From the sequence record SRR31156797_8170: DNA of 38,213 nt. One strand, 5' to 3'. This document shows, in pieces, positions 1-8,554 of this stretch (position 1 is its first letter; each line of letters begins with the position of its first letter). Under the pieces are notes generated by a model, which worked only from the letters and a program-made list of their open reading frames with translations, was not told the DNA's origin and did not search any database. A program made the position numbers and the translations under genes.

Positions 1-1
1 T

Positions 2-673
2 TTACTTCCTTTTGTTTTAATTGCAAAAGAACCAGACCTTGGAACTGCACTTGTACTGTTACTTGTGGGATATGGAGTACTTTTTTTACTTGGGATCAAT
101 TGGAAGATTATTCTCTCCATTGTTCTTATTATTGGGATCAGTTCTCCTTTTATCTATACTTATTTAATAAAAGATTACCAAAAGAAACGGATCCATGATT
201 TTATCTCAGAAGAGCCAAGCTACCATGTAAAGCAATCCATGATCGCTATAGGTTCAGGTGGACTTGTAGGAAAAGATAAAGAGGAAGCTACACAAACCCA
301 GCTAAAGTTTTTGCCAATTGCTACAAGTGATTTTATCTTCGCTTCATTTGTGGAGAGATATGGATTTTTAGGCTCAATTGGACTTATCTTTTTATATCTC
401 TTATTGATACTGCATCTACTTTTACTCTATCACCATTTTAAGACCGATTACCTTATTAGTGTCTTTGCAAGTGGCTTGGGACTATTGATATTTTTAAATA
501 TGAGTGTGAATATTTTGATGGTAATAGGGTTTGCCCCCGTTGTTGGACTTCCTTTGCCTCTTTTTAGTTATGGGGGGAGTTCTTTTATCAATTTTGTTGT
601 TTTATTTGCTATTTTAGAAAACCTGATCGCCTTTCGCTTTATGGATAGTTATGATTTCAATAGGAAATTATAA
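2..673 (+). CDS. rodA: Rod shape-determining SEDS protein RodA (5'-truncated by window edge)
   Basis: Frame is open from base 2 (LLPFVLIAKEPDLGTA...). SEDS motifs EPDLGT, IAIGSGGLVGK, FLPIATSDFIF, PVVGLPLPLFSYGGSS. Confidence 0.9.
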   Translation, partial: LLPFVLIAKEPDLGTALVLLLVGYGVLFLLGINWKIILSIVLIIGISSPFIYTYLIKDYQKKRIHDFISEEPSYHVKQSMIAIGSGGLVGKDKEEATQTQLKFLPIATSDFIFASFVERYGFLGSIGLIFLYLLLILHLLLLYHHFKTDYLISVFASGLGLLIFLNMSVNILMVIGFAPVVGLPLPLFSYGGSSFINFVVLFAILENLIAFRFMDSYDFNRKL

Positions 674-682
674 CTTTATTTT

Positions 683-691
683 TGGTAAAAT
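683..691 (+). promoter_or_regulatory. Extended -10 element TGGTAAAAT upstream of the zapB-like gene
   Basis: Matches TGnTAnAAT; ends 7 nt before the ATG at 699. Confidence 0.5.
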
Positions 692-698
692 GGATCTT

Positions 699-890
699 AT
701 GAATATGATAGATACGCTCAAAACAAAGCTTGAACAAACTACAAAAGACTTTTATACTCTCTATGATGAGAATAAACAGTTAAAACAAAGAGTAGCTCAA
801 TTAGAAGAAAAAAACAGTATCTTAACTAGAAAAACTCAAGATCTAGTCTTGACAATTAATAGTCGTTTGAAAAAAGGAAATACACATTGA
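699..890 (+). CDS. Small coiled-coil protein, ZapB-like (start 690 or 699 more likely than 651)
   Basis: Near-continuous heptad pattern (LKTKLEQ...ENKQLKQRVAQLEEKN); overlaps the ZapA-like ORF by 4 nt. Confidence 0.55.
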   Translation: MNMIDTLKTKLEQTTKDFYTLYDENKQLKQRVAQLEEKNSILTRKTQDLVLTINSRLKKGNTH

Positions 891-1168
891 GCAAAGATGT
901 TACCTTTCATATAAATAATGAAGCTTACACTATTAATATTGGTGAAGATGAAGATGATATGTTAGAAAACAGCATCAAAAAATTCCTCTCTACTGATGAT
1001 CCACTTACAACAAAAGAAGTACTGTTAGCATATCTAAGACGTACTCAAGAGTTTGTAAACTTCCAAAAAGAGATCGAAGAGCAGATAGATGTACTCCCTA
1101 CAATTGAAAAACTCAAACCAAACCTAGCAAAACTTCAACCAAATCTAGAGAAGCTTAAACCGCAGTAG
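887..1168 (+). CDS. ZapA-like cell division protein
   Basis: N-terminal VTFHINNEAYTINI resembles the ZapA beta-hairpin, followed by helical/coiled-coil C-terminus; SD AAAGGA before TTG; paired with ZapB-like gene. Confidence 0.55.
   Translation: MSKDVTFHINNEAYTINIGEDEDDMLENSIKKFLSTDDPLTTKEVLLAYLRRTQEFVNFQKEIEEQIDVLPTIEKLKPNLAKLQPNLEKLKPQ
1106..1168 (+). repeat. Imperfect 21-bp tandem repeat x3 encoding EKLKPNL/AKLQPNL/EKLKPQ*
   Basis: GAAAAACTCAAACCAAACCTA / GCAAAACTTCAACCAAATCTA / GAGAAGCTTAAACCGCAGTAG. Confidence 0.7.
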
Positions 1169-1837
1169 TTTTTCTTGAGCCTTATAATCTGGCATAAAAC
1201 TACTTACTAGATCCCAAAATCTACTTGTATGGTTTTTTTCTTTTATATGACATAGCTCATGTAATACTACATACTCTATAGCACTTTTTTCAAACTGTAA
1301 AAGTCTATAATTGATACTAATATTATTAATAGAGTTACAACTTCCCCAGCGTGTTTTATTATATCGATAAGAGATTTTTGCAGGATAGAGGTTTGTTTTT
1401 TCACTCCATTTTTCAAAAAGTGGGTCGATAAGCTTTTTTGCATTATATTTATAAAAGGTTTTTAAGCCATCCATAAAATCTTCATATGATTTTTTCTCTT
1501 GTGAGTATCGTATCTCAAAATGATCCTCTTTAAAAATAAAGTAAGGGTTTTTTACACTCATATCTTCTATAAATACCACAGGAAACTTTTCCCCTAAATA
1601 TGGAATCAAAGTATTTGAATCAAAATCCACTGCCTCTTTTTTAGGAACTTTTTGGATTGATTTTAGTATCCACTCTTTGTATCCATATATAATCTCTTTT
1701 ATCAAGTGAGATTTAAACTTTAATGGAGTTTTGATGATAATCTCATCTTTATTTTCAATCACTACACTTACTCTTTTAATCTTTTTATTGGTTCTATGGA
1801 TCAGAGTAAATGTATGATTATCTAAAGTAATTTTCAC
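1145..1837 (-). CDS. M48/YgjP-like (SprT-like) zinc metallohydrolase
   Basis: KTRWGSC...YVVLHELCHIKEKNHTSRFW (HExxH). Confidence 0.85.
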   Translation of the reverse strand: MKITLDNHTFTLIHRTNKKIKRVSVVIENKDEIIIKTPLKFKSHLIKEIIYGYKEWILKSIQKVPKKEAVDFDSNTLIPYLGEKFPVVFIEDMSVKNPYFIFKEDHFEIRYSQEKKSYEDFMDGLKTFYKYNAKKLIDPLFEKWSEKTNLYPAKISYRYNKTRWGSCNSINNISINYRLLQFEKSAIEYVVLHELCHIKEKNHTSRFWDLVSSFMPDYKAQEKLLRFKLL

Positions 1838-2312
1838 TGTGCTCTTTTAACTTATTATATATTTTATCAAAATCACTACTAAATACTCTAGTCTCTCCAA
1901 CTGTAGTGATAAAGTTTGTATCCCCTAGCCATCTAGGAACCAAATGCATATGGATATGATCGCTTATCCCAGCACCTGCAGCACTTCCTAAATTCATCCC
2001 AATATTAACTCCACTAGCATTTAAAACCTCTTTGAGCATCTTTACTCCCTTTTGAGCAAACTGTGACATCTTTGCATATACTTCCCCATCAAGATCTTCA
2101 AGGTTTGCAGTATGAAGGTTTGGGATGATCATAAAATGTCCAGGTGAGTATGGATATCGATTCATCACTATAAAAAACTCTTTATCCCTATAAAGTACCC
2201 CTAAGGCTTCATCATCTTGCTCATTCTCTACCACATGACAAAAAACACACCCTTGTATCTTTTTATCATTAGTTACATATTCACTACGCCAAGGCGCATA
2301 TAATCGATCCAT
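1818..2312 (-). CDS. HIT family nucleotide hydrolase/phosphorylase (Ap4A type)
   Basis: LYAPWR start, CVFC, NRYPYSPGH, histidine triad HIHMH. Confidence 0.9.
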   Translation of the reverse strand: MDRLYAPWRSEYVTNDKKIQGCVFCHVVENEQDDEALGVLYRDKEFFIVMNRYPYSPGHFMIIPNLHTANLEDLDGEVYAKMSQFAQKGVKMLKEVLNASGVNIGMNLGSAAGAGISDHIHMHLVPRWLGDTNFITTVGETRVFSSDFDKIYNKLKEHSENYFR

Positions 2313-2337
2313 CTCTTCCCTTTTTACTTTTAAAAAA

Positions 2338-2667
2338 TTATTTTATTATTTTCTCACTTAATCTTATAGGAGTTTCATCCACTGTTTCTATCATCACATA
2401 ATATACCTCTACTCCACTCTCATTTTTTTGGAGTATTTCAAGCTCAAATCTTGGATCACCTAAACTATATGATAAGATTTGAGTAGCACTATTAGTATGA
2501 ATAAAATTTATCACTTTATCCATAAAAATAGTTGCTTGTAAGTGGAAATATTTTTGTTTATTTAGCGTTGAGAAAAAGATATTATTTTCTACAATTCTAT
2601 AACTTAATAATGATACAAGTACCACTAAAAAGATGCTCAATAATAATGCAAATCCTTTTTTCATCAC
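2338..2667 (-). CDS. Minor pilin/pseudopilin-like protein (PilX/GspK-type N-terminus)
   Basis: MMKKG|FALLLSIFLVVLVSLL: class III signal-like, no Glu at +5. Confidence 0.55.
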   Translation of the reverse strand: MMKKGFALLLSIFLVVLVSLLSYRIVENNIFFSTLNKQKYFHLQATIFMDKVINFIHTNSATQILSYSLGDPRFELEILQKNESGVEVYYVMIETVDETPIRLSEKIIK

Positions 2668-3023
2668 TAAAAGCTAATCTTCCATGTTTGGCAAATAGTA
2701 TCACCTTCAATACAAATCTCTATTGTTGCAATATTCCCTGCTATCTGAATATCATACTTAGAAACATCACTTAATAAAAGATCTCCATTAAAATATAAAG
2801 AGTTATCACTAAAACTTAATAATGAGAGCTGTTTTTGATGGATGAGAAATAATCTTGTGGATTCAAGTTTAAGAGTTTGAACAATCATATCAGCGGTTTG
2901 GATATTTTTTTGACGCATAGAAAAAATAAACTCAACTGTTCCTAAAGCTAAAATAGAAAAAAGCACAATACTTGCAATCACTTCTAAAAGAACGAAGGCT
3001 TTGCTTTTTCTAACTCCTATCAT
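2667..3023 (-). CDS. Prepilin-type N-terminal cleavage/methylation domain protein
   Basis: RKSKA|FVLLEVIASIVLFSILAL: basic leader, F+1, E+5, hydrophobic helix. Confidence 0.7.
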   Translation of the reverse strand: MIGVRKSKAFVLLEVIASIVLFSILALGTVEFIFSMRQKNIQTADMIVQTLKLESTRLFLIHQKQLSLLSFSDNSLYFNGDLLLSDVSKYDIQIAGNIATIEICIEGDTICQTWKISF

Positions 3024-3860
3024 CTACAAGATATCGTGAAGGGTATTTGCTTTTTCCATCCATTTATGAATACTCTCATAGTCTTCATCTTCTAACATCT
3101 TTTTCATATTTTTCATATTAGTTTCATAAACTGCTAAAGAGTCTAAAATATTTTCTCTGTTTTGTCTAAAAATATCAGTCCACATATTTGGGCTAGATTT
3201 TGCGATTCTACTCATATCCTTAAATCCCCCAGCTGCAAGGGAGATAATATTGTTTGGATCCTCATGAGACATTACAGTATTCGCAAGGGTAAAAGAGATC
3301 GCATGGGGAAGATGTGACATATAACAAGCATGTATATCATGGGTATTTGAATCCATAAAAACGATTCTCATAGCTATGGCATTAAAAATATCAATTGCTC
3401 TATTTTTATGAAGTTCTGAGCAAATATCAATATCGCATAAAACAATTGTTTTCCCCTCATATAATCCATTTACAGCCGCTTTTGGTCCAAACTTTTCAGT
3501 ACCCGTCATAGGATGAGCTGGAATATAATTATCTCGTATACTTGTAGGGATATTATCTACAATCAGCTTTTTTGTACTTCCAAAATCAATAATAGTTGTA
3601 TTTTTATCTATCCCCTCTAATGTCGGCATAAAAGCGATAATTGCATCTACTGGGATACAAAGAATAATCATATCACATGCTAATAACTCTTTGGTATCCA
3701 CAATTTTTTCTACAAGTCCAAGTTCTAATGCTTCTTTTTGATGTGTTGTATTATGATCATACCCCACTACACTATTTGAAAGATCATATTTTTTTAAGGC
3801 TTTGGCAAATGATCCTCCCATAAGACCTAAACCTACGATTCCAAATTTTAATTTTTCCAT
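3024..3860 (-). CDS. tyrA: Prephenate dehydrogenase
   Basis: GLGLMGGS Rossmann motif, DFGSTK, HPMTGTE, SHLPH, GGFKDMSRIAKSSPNMWTDI. Confidence 0.95.
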   Translation of the reverse strand: MEKLKFGIVGLGLMGGSFAKALKKYDLSNSVVGYDHNTTHQKEALELGLVEKIVDTKELLACDMIILCIPVDAIIAFMPTLEGIDKNTTIIDFGSTKKLIVDNIPTSIRDNYIPAHPMTGTEKFGPKAAVNGLYEGKTIVLCDIDICSELHKNRAIDIFNAIAMRIVFMDSNTHDIHACYMSHLPHAISFTLANTVMSHEDPNNIISLAAGGFKDMSRIAKSSPNMWTDIFRQNRENILDSLAVYETNMKNMKKMLEDEDYESIHKWMEKANTLHDIL

Positions 3861-3862
3861 TC

Positions 3863-4339
3863 TTACCTATTCCAAGCTTTTAATATTCGATCTGTTTGTC
3901 TTTTCATATCTTTCTCTTTTAAAGCTTCCCTTTTATCATGAAGCTTTTTCCCCTGAGCTGCTGAGATATTCAATTTGACCATGTTTTTATCATTAAAATA
4001 GAGTTTTGTAGCAACAATTGTATATCCATCTTTTGTCACTTTCTCATAAAGTTTTGCTATCTGTTTTTTATGTAAAAGTAGTTTTCTCTCTCTTGTTTCA
4101 CTTTGTCTATAGGTTACGTGAGTTGTTTCAAGATAAGAAATATGCATATTAAAAATAAACACTTCCCCTTTTATGATTCGTATAAAACTATCTTTGAGAT
4201 TCAACCTTCCTGCTCGTATCGCTTTTACTTCACTTCCACTTAAGACTATCCCCACTTCAAATGGATCTTCTATAATATAATCATGAAATGCTTTTTTATT
4301 TACAAATTGTCTTACTTTATTCTCTTTGCTTTTTGCCAA
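3863..4339 (-). CDS. smpB: SsrA-binding protein SmpB
   Basis: [40 protein letters not shown]. Confidence 0.97.
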   Translation of the reverse strand: MAKSKENKVRQFVNKKAFHDYIIEDPFEVGIVLSGSEVKAIRAGRLNLKDSFIRIIKGEVFIFNMHISYLETTHVTYRQSETRERKLLLHKKQIAKLYEKVTKDGYTIVATKLYFNDKNMVKLNISAAQGKKLHDKREALKEKDMKRQTDRILKAWNR

Positions 4340-4357
4340 CTATGTTTTCCTCTTATC

Positions 4358-6385
4358 TTATTTAAATAGGTTATTTAAAATCCCTTTTACATTTTCATCC
4401 ATTTTATCACCAAGCTTTTTCTCTATCAGTTTCGAAGCTCTCTCTTTTGCTTTTTGTTGTACTGCTTTATTAAAATTGACCTTCATCTTAGGATCACTTA
4501 AACTTCCACTTGCATCAACTCCTATAGTTAACTTTTGATACGCAAGATCAAAAGATGAATCAAGGGTTTGTTTCTCAGTATCTACGAAAAACTTCTTAGA
4601 AGTTAACGATACATTATCACTTTGGAAATAAAGCTCATTATCTAGTTTTGTATCATCTATCTTTGATTTAATAGTTGCGATCTTATAGATCTCTAAAGAG
4701 ATATCCTTATTTAAGATCTTTGAGATCATTTGTAAAGTCTCAGTATTTTCAAACTTTCCATTTCCCATATCAAAATTAGCTAGCCCTTGTTTTGTCTTGG
4801 TATCATAATCAAGATCAAGCTGTAGTTTTGAAGTAAAAATTTCAGGATAATACATCATATGAAGAAGTTTTAAAGTTGCTATATCTTTTGCTTTTACACT
4901 TAACTTAGTATCATCAAGCTTTCCATCAATCGATCCACCAAACTTTTTACTTGCAAATGTTGCTAAAAGAGTCTTATCAAAAGTCACATCACCAGTTACT
5001 GTAATATCCCCTTGCATCTTTTGTTTTGTGATAAAATAAAGATCTCCTAAAGATGGAACCAGTAAAGTATAGTCTGTTTGAAGTTTTGCTTTTTCTAAAT
5101 CATAATGGGTTTTTGCTGTTGTTAATTTTGCAGCAAAAGAATTAAAGAGCACATCTGAGATAATATCATTTTTTTCAAGACTTGTATTTACTTTGAGATC
5201 AAAATCTGCCTTATTAGGAAGATCCATATCAAACTCTTTTTTGACCACTTTTGGATCTAAAAGTCCATTTTCAATTGTTGTAGTAATCTTCCCTTTTAAT
5301 GGCTGGATAGAATCAAGTTTTACAATTGATGTCAAATCTCCACCTTTTGTATAGATTGGTTGATTTGCAGTATATAAAAGCTCTGCTAATTTTGCTTTTA
5401 CAAGATCTAGTTGAATATTTGCAGGCTGAAACTCTTTAAGTTCCACATGATACTTTGTATCACTTTTTGCAATATCTGTAAACCCATCTATGATCATAAG
5501 TTTTTTATCACCCTTAACGGTTCCATTGGTATTAAATGATCCATTAAGCTTTACACCATTGATCTGTTCAAGTAGTGCTAAAGTTTTTATTTTTACATCA
5601 TACTTAGAATCAAGATTTAAAGTTTTTGTATCAATTTTTCCTTTTGTCATTAAAGAGATCAATGAAGAGTTCATATCCACATCAAAATCCCCAAGACCAT
5701 TATTAATTGAAGCTTTTGTATTTAAAGTAAAGTCACTATTTGGCAATGTTATTTTAAATAACTCTTTTACCAAAGTATCATTCACAGATCCACCAACCAC
5801 TTTCGCATCTACTATTACTTTTTCTAACTCTTTAGAAGAGATATCACTTGAAGAGTTAAATGATCCTAGAAGATACTCTGACTGATGCACCATATATAAA
5901 AGTTTGTCGATCTTTACACCATTAGTTTCAAAGTGAATATCTTTTGGATTATACTCTACAAGTGAAAGATCGTATTTTAAAGCTCCATTAGCTACTTCTC
6001 CATCCCCATCAATTTTAAGATTTTCAAACTTCCCTTTCACAGTCCCTTTTGTAAAAAAAGTCCCTCGTACTTTTTGAGTACTAAGATAATTAAACTTTGA
6101 AAGATCTTTGATATCTACACTATATGAAAGATCAAGATAGGAAGAAAAAATTGAAAAGTCTGCTACCACTTTAATCTCTTGATCTTCTACTTTTATAGTT
6201 GTATCAAGATGACTTGGGCTTAGAGAAAAAGTATCAAAATAAAAGTTTTTTATTCCGCTACTTTGTTTTACTTTTCCCTCAACAATTGGAAGTAAAATAC
6301 CATGCCCAACTGATGTAAATAATGTTACATATAATAATCCAAAAACAACTACAAACGATGCTAATACTATTTTTAAAACTTTCAT
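4358..6385 (-). CDS. Membrane-anchored beta-rich repeat protein, AsmA/TamB-like (inferred)
   Basis: N-terminal TM helix; three ~175-aa internal repeats starting near aa 84, 258 and 435; C-terminal GVDASGSLSDPKMKV resembles AsmA-family ends. Confidence 0.55.
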   Translation of the reverse strand: MKVLKIVLASFVVVFGLLYVTLFTSVGHGILLPIVEGKVKQSSGIKNFYFDTFSLSPSHLDTTIKVEDQEIKVVADFSIFSSYLDLSYSVDIKDLSKFNYLSTQKVRGTFFTKGTVKGKFENLKIDGDGEVANGALKYDLSLVEYNPKDIHFETNGVKIDKLLYMVHQSEYLLGSFNSSSDISSKELEKVIVDAKVVGGSVNDTLVKELFKITLPNSDFTLNTKASINNGLGDFDVDMNSSLISLMTKGKIDTKTLNLDSKYDVKIKTLALLEQINGVKLNGSFNTNGTVKGDKKLMIIDGFTDIAKSDTKYHVELKEFQPANIQLDLVKAKLAELLYTANQPIYTKGGDLTSIVKLDSIQPLKGKITTTIENGLLDPKVVKKEFDMDLPNKADFDLKVNTSLEKNDIISDVLFNSFAAKLTTAKTHYDLEKAKLQTDYTLLVPSLGDLYFITKQKMQGDITVTGDVTFDKTLLATFASKKFGGSIDGKLDDTKLSVKAKDIATLKLLHMMYYPEIFTSKLQLDLDYDTKTKQGLANFDMGNGKFENTETLQMISKILNKDISLEIYKIATIKSKIDDTKLDNELYFQSDNVSLTSKKFFVDTEKQTLDSSFDLAYQKLTIGVDASGSLSDPKMKVNFNKAVQQKAKERASKLIEKKLGDKMDENVKGILNNLFK

Positions 6386-7177
6386 CTATTTCCTTTCCTC
6401 TTTCTTTAAATAAAAAAAACTACTTCCACTTCCACTAAAAAATGTTTTTTGAGGTAATGAGTAGTTTTTAGGTTCTAACTCTTTATAAATATCTTTTGCC
6501 GATGAATAAAGGTCATTGGCACTTTGTATATTATACTCTGCCATTATATCAAAACTTTTCATCTTTAAAAGCTTCTCTTGTTCTTCTTTATCAATCTCTT
6601 GATAAAACTCCTGACGAAACCTTGTAAAGATCTTTCTTGTATCGCACTCTATCTTTGGTGTAAAAGTTTCAATATCAAGAACCTCTTCATCAAACTTCTC
6701 AACAACCTCACCGATCCCTGTAACATTTGCACTATCATACTCATAGATAAAAAAAGGAATATCTGCTCCAATTTTTGCTCCAATACTAGCCATTTCATCT
6801 TTACTTAAATTTAGTTTTGCAAGAGAGTTGAGCATCAAAAGAAACGTAGCAGCATTGCTACTTCCACCACCAAGCCCAGCAAACTCAGGTATATTCTTCT
6901 CAACTAATACTTTATAATTCTCGAATAACTCTTGTATATTCTTATACATACTGGAAACTTCCAAATAAATCTTATAAATAGTGTTTTTTTCTAATTCACA
7001 ACCAAACTCACCCTCTAAAGTAAACTTATCAAATTTCCCTGGAATAAAAGTAATAGTATCATACAAGTTTTTTACTCTCACAAACCGAGAGACTATTTCA
7101 TGATAGTTTTCTCTTTTCCCAGCAATCTTTAAAAAGATATTTACCTTTGCATAGGATTTTTTAGTTAAACTCTTCAC
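6386..7177 (-). CDS. ispE: 4-diphosphocytidyl-2-C-methyl-D-erythritol kinase
   Basis: AKVNIFLKI, KNIPEFAGLGGGSSNAA, GADIPFF, SGSGSS. Confidence 0.95.
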   Translation of the reverse strand: MKSLTKKSYAKVNIFLKIAGKRENYHEIVSRFVRVKNLYDTITFIPGKFDKFTLEGEFGCELEKNTIYKIYLEVSSMYKNIQELFENYKVLVEKNIPEFAGLGGGSSNAATFLLMLNSLAKLNLSKDEMASIGAKIGADIPFFIYEYDSANVTGIGEVVEKFDEEVLDIETFTPKIECDTRKIFTRFRQEFYQEIDKEEQEKLLKMKSFDIMAEYNIQSANDLYSSAKDIYKELEPKNYSLPQKTFFSGSGSSFFYLKKEERK

Positions 7178-8018
7178 TTAATATAACCTTATTTAAAATA
7201 TATTTTACTTCCCTATCTTTAATCTCAACTATAGAAAAGAAACTATCCTTGTGCTCTTCACTCCCTTTAGGAAATGTAATTAAATACTCTCCATCCTCTT
7301 GAATGTTAAAATATTTACTATCTAATTTCTTTCCAAGTTCAAACCACTCTTTTGAGCCACTATATTGATTCATTGGTAAATCAATATATTCCAATGGATT
7401 AAGTGCTTTTTCATCATCAAAATAAAACTTCCCCTCATGTAACCTTTGAAGATTAGATAGTGTACCAACTCTATCTAATCTTTCAAGTAAGATCTGAGCT
7501 ATACTTCTTATATAACTCCCCTCACTTACACTTATATCAAAAGTTATAAAAGGATGACAATAGTTTATAAAATCTACTTTATACACCATTGATCGTATCT
7601 TTTTCATCTCAAAGTCTACTCCATCACGAGCAAGATCATAGGCTCTTTGCCCATCAATCTTCTTTGCACTATACTTTGGAGGAAGATACTCTAACTCCCC
7701 AACTAATCCATCCAACTCTTGGATTATAGATTTTTTTGATAACAGTTTGGTTTCTTCTACACTGATCACATTTTCAATATCAAGAGAACTACTCTGGGCT
7801 CCTAAAAAGATAGTAGTTCGATACGTTTTTGGAGTCTTTTTTAAAAATCGAAAGAGCTTGGAATACTGCCCAAAAGCAACTATTAAACACCCACAAGCAA
7901 AAGGATCAAGTGTCCCACTAAAACCTGCTTTTTTAGTTTTATATTTTCGTTTTATTCGTCGTAGATAAAAATTACTACTTATATTAATTGGTTTATTAAC
8001 TACAAAAAGTCTGTTCAA
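7161..8018 (-). CDS. truB: tRNA pseudouridine(55) synthase
   Basis: KAGFSGTLDPFACG, PPKYSAKKIDGQRAYDLAR, SEGSYIRS. Confidence 0.95.
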   Translation of the reverse strand: MNRLFVVNKPINISSNFYLRRIKRKYKTKKAGFSGTLDPFACGCLIVAFGQYSKLFRFLKKTPKTYRTTIFLGAQSSSLDIENVISVEETKLLSKKSIIQELDGLVGELEYLPPKYSAKKIDGQRAYDLARDGVDFEMKKIRSMVYKVDFINYCHPFITFDISVSEGSYIRSIAQILLERLDRVGTLSNLQRLHEGKFYFDDEKALNPLEYIDLPMNQYSGSKEWFELGKKLDSKYFNIQEDGEYLITFPKGSEEHKDSFFSIVEIKDREVKYILNKVILSEEFN

Positions 8019-8554
8019 TCTTTTTTCCCAAATTGCTTTATCAAATTTTCATGTTCTACATCTTCTAAATCACTATATGGAAGAATATAAGATATTATAT
8101 TTTCTCTCAATCTTTTTAATTTATCACTATTTAAATTTAATAATTCAATTGTATCTTGTGCATCTTCATTTTTGCCCAATATATATCCCTTTGCTGAAAA
8201 CTCAAAATACTTAGTAGGCTCATTTAAAACTGGATGAATATATCTATCCTCCCAAACCTTACTATCTTTATACCTATCGCATGAATCTTTACTTTTACAA
8301 GAAAGAACTAAATTTGAATATTCACACTCTAATTTATGATCTTTATCTCTTGGAGAGATATGTTCGATTGTTGAATTTTCTAACGTAATCTTTCTTTCAC
8401 AATATGCACACTGTCCTCTTTGCTTAAAGAAAAGATCTTCTCTAATAACATCTTTTAATTCTTTATTATTACAATCTTCAACATATCTTTTTGCTTGATT
8501 TTTCAATTTAAAGACTTCAAAATATTCTAAAGGCAAGTTTTCCACATTTATCAT
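8015..8554 (-). CDS. HNH endonuclease, Septu PtuB-like (TIGR02646-type)
   Basis: QRGQCAYCE...TIEHISPR...YSNLVLSC...SCDRYK, IHPV..EP..YF, TIELLNLN...R; directly follows an ABC-type ATPase. Confidence 0.8.
   Translation of the reverse strand: MINVENLPLEYFEVFKLKNQAKRYVEDCNNKELKDVIREDLFFKQRGQCAYCERKITLENSTIEHISPRDKDHKLECEYSNLVLSCKSKDSCDRYKDSKVWEDRYIHPVLNEPTKYFEFSAKGYILGKNEDAQDTIELLNLNSDKLKRLRENIISYILPYSDLEDVEHENLIKQFGKKD

Noticed and set aside
1145-1837. M48/YgjP gene as part of a type I restriction-modification locus
   Set aside because: No hsdR, hsdM or hsdS nearby.
3863-4357. tmRNA (ssrA) next to smpB
   Set aside because: Flanking gaps are 2 and 18 nt; no tRNA-like ends were seen.
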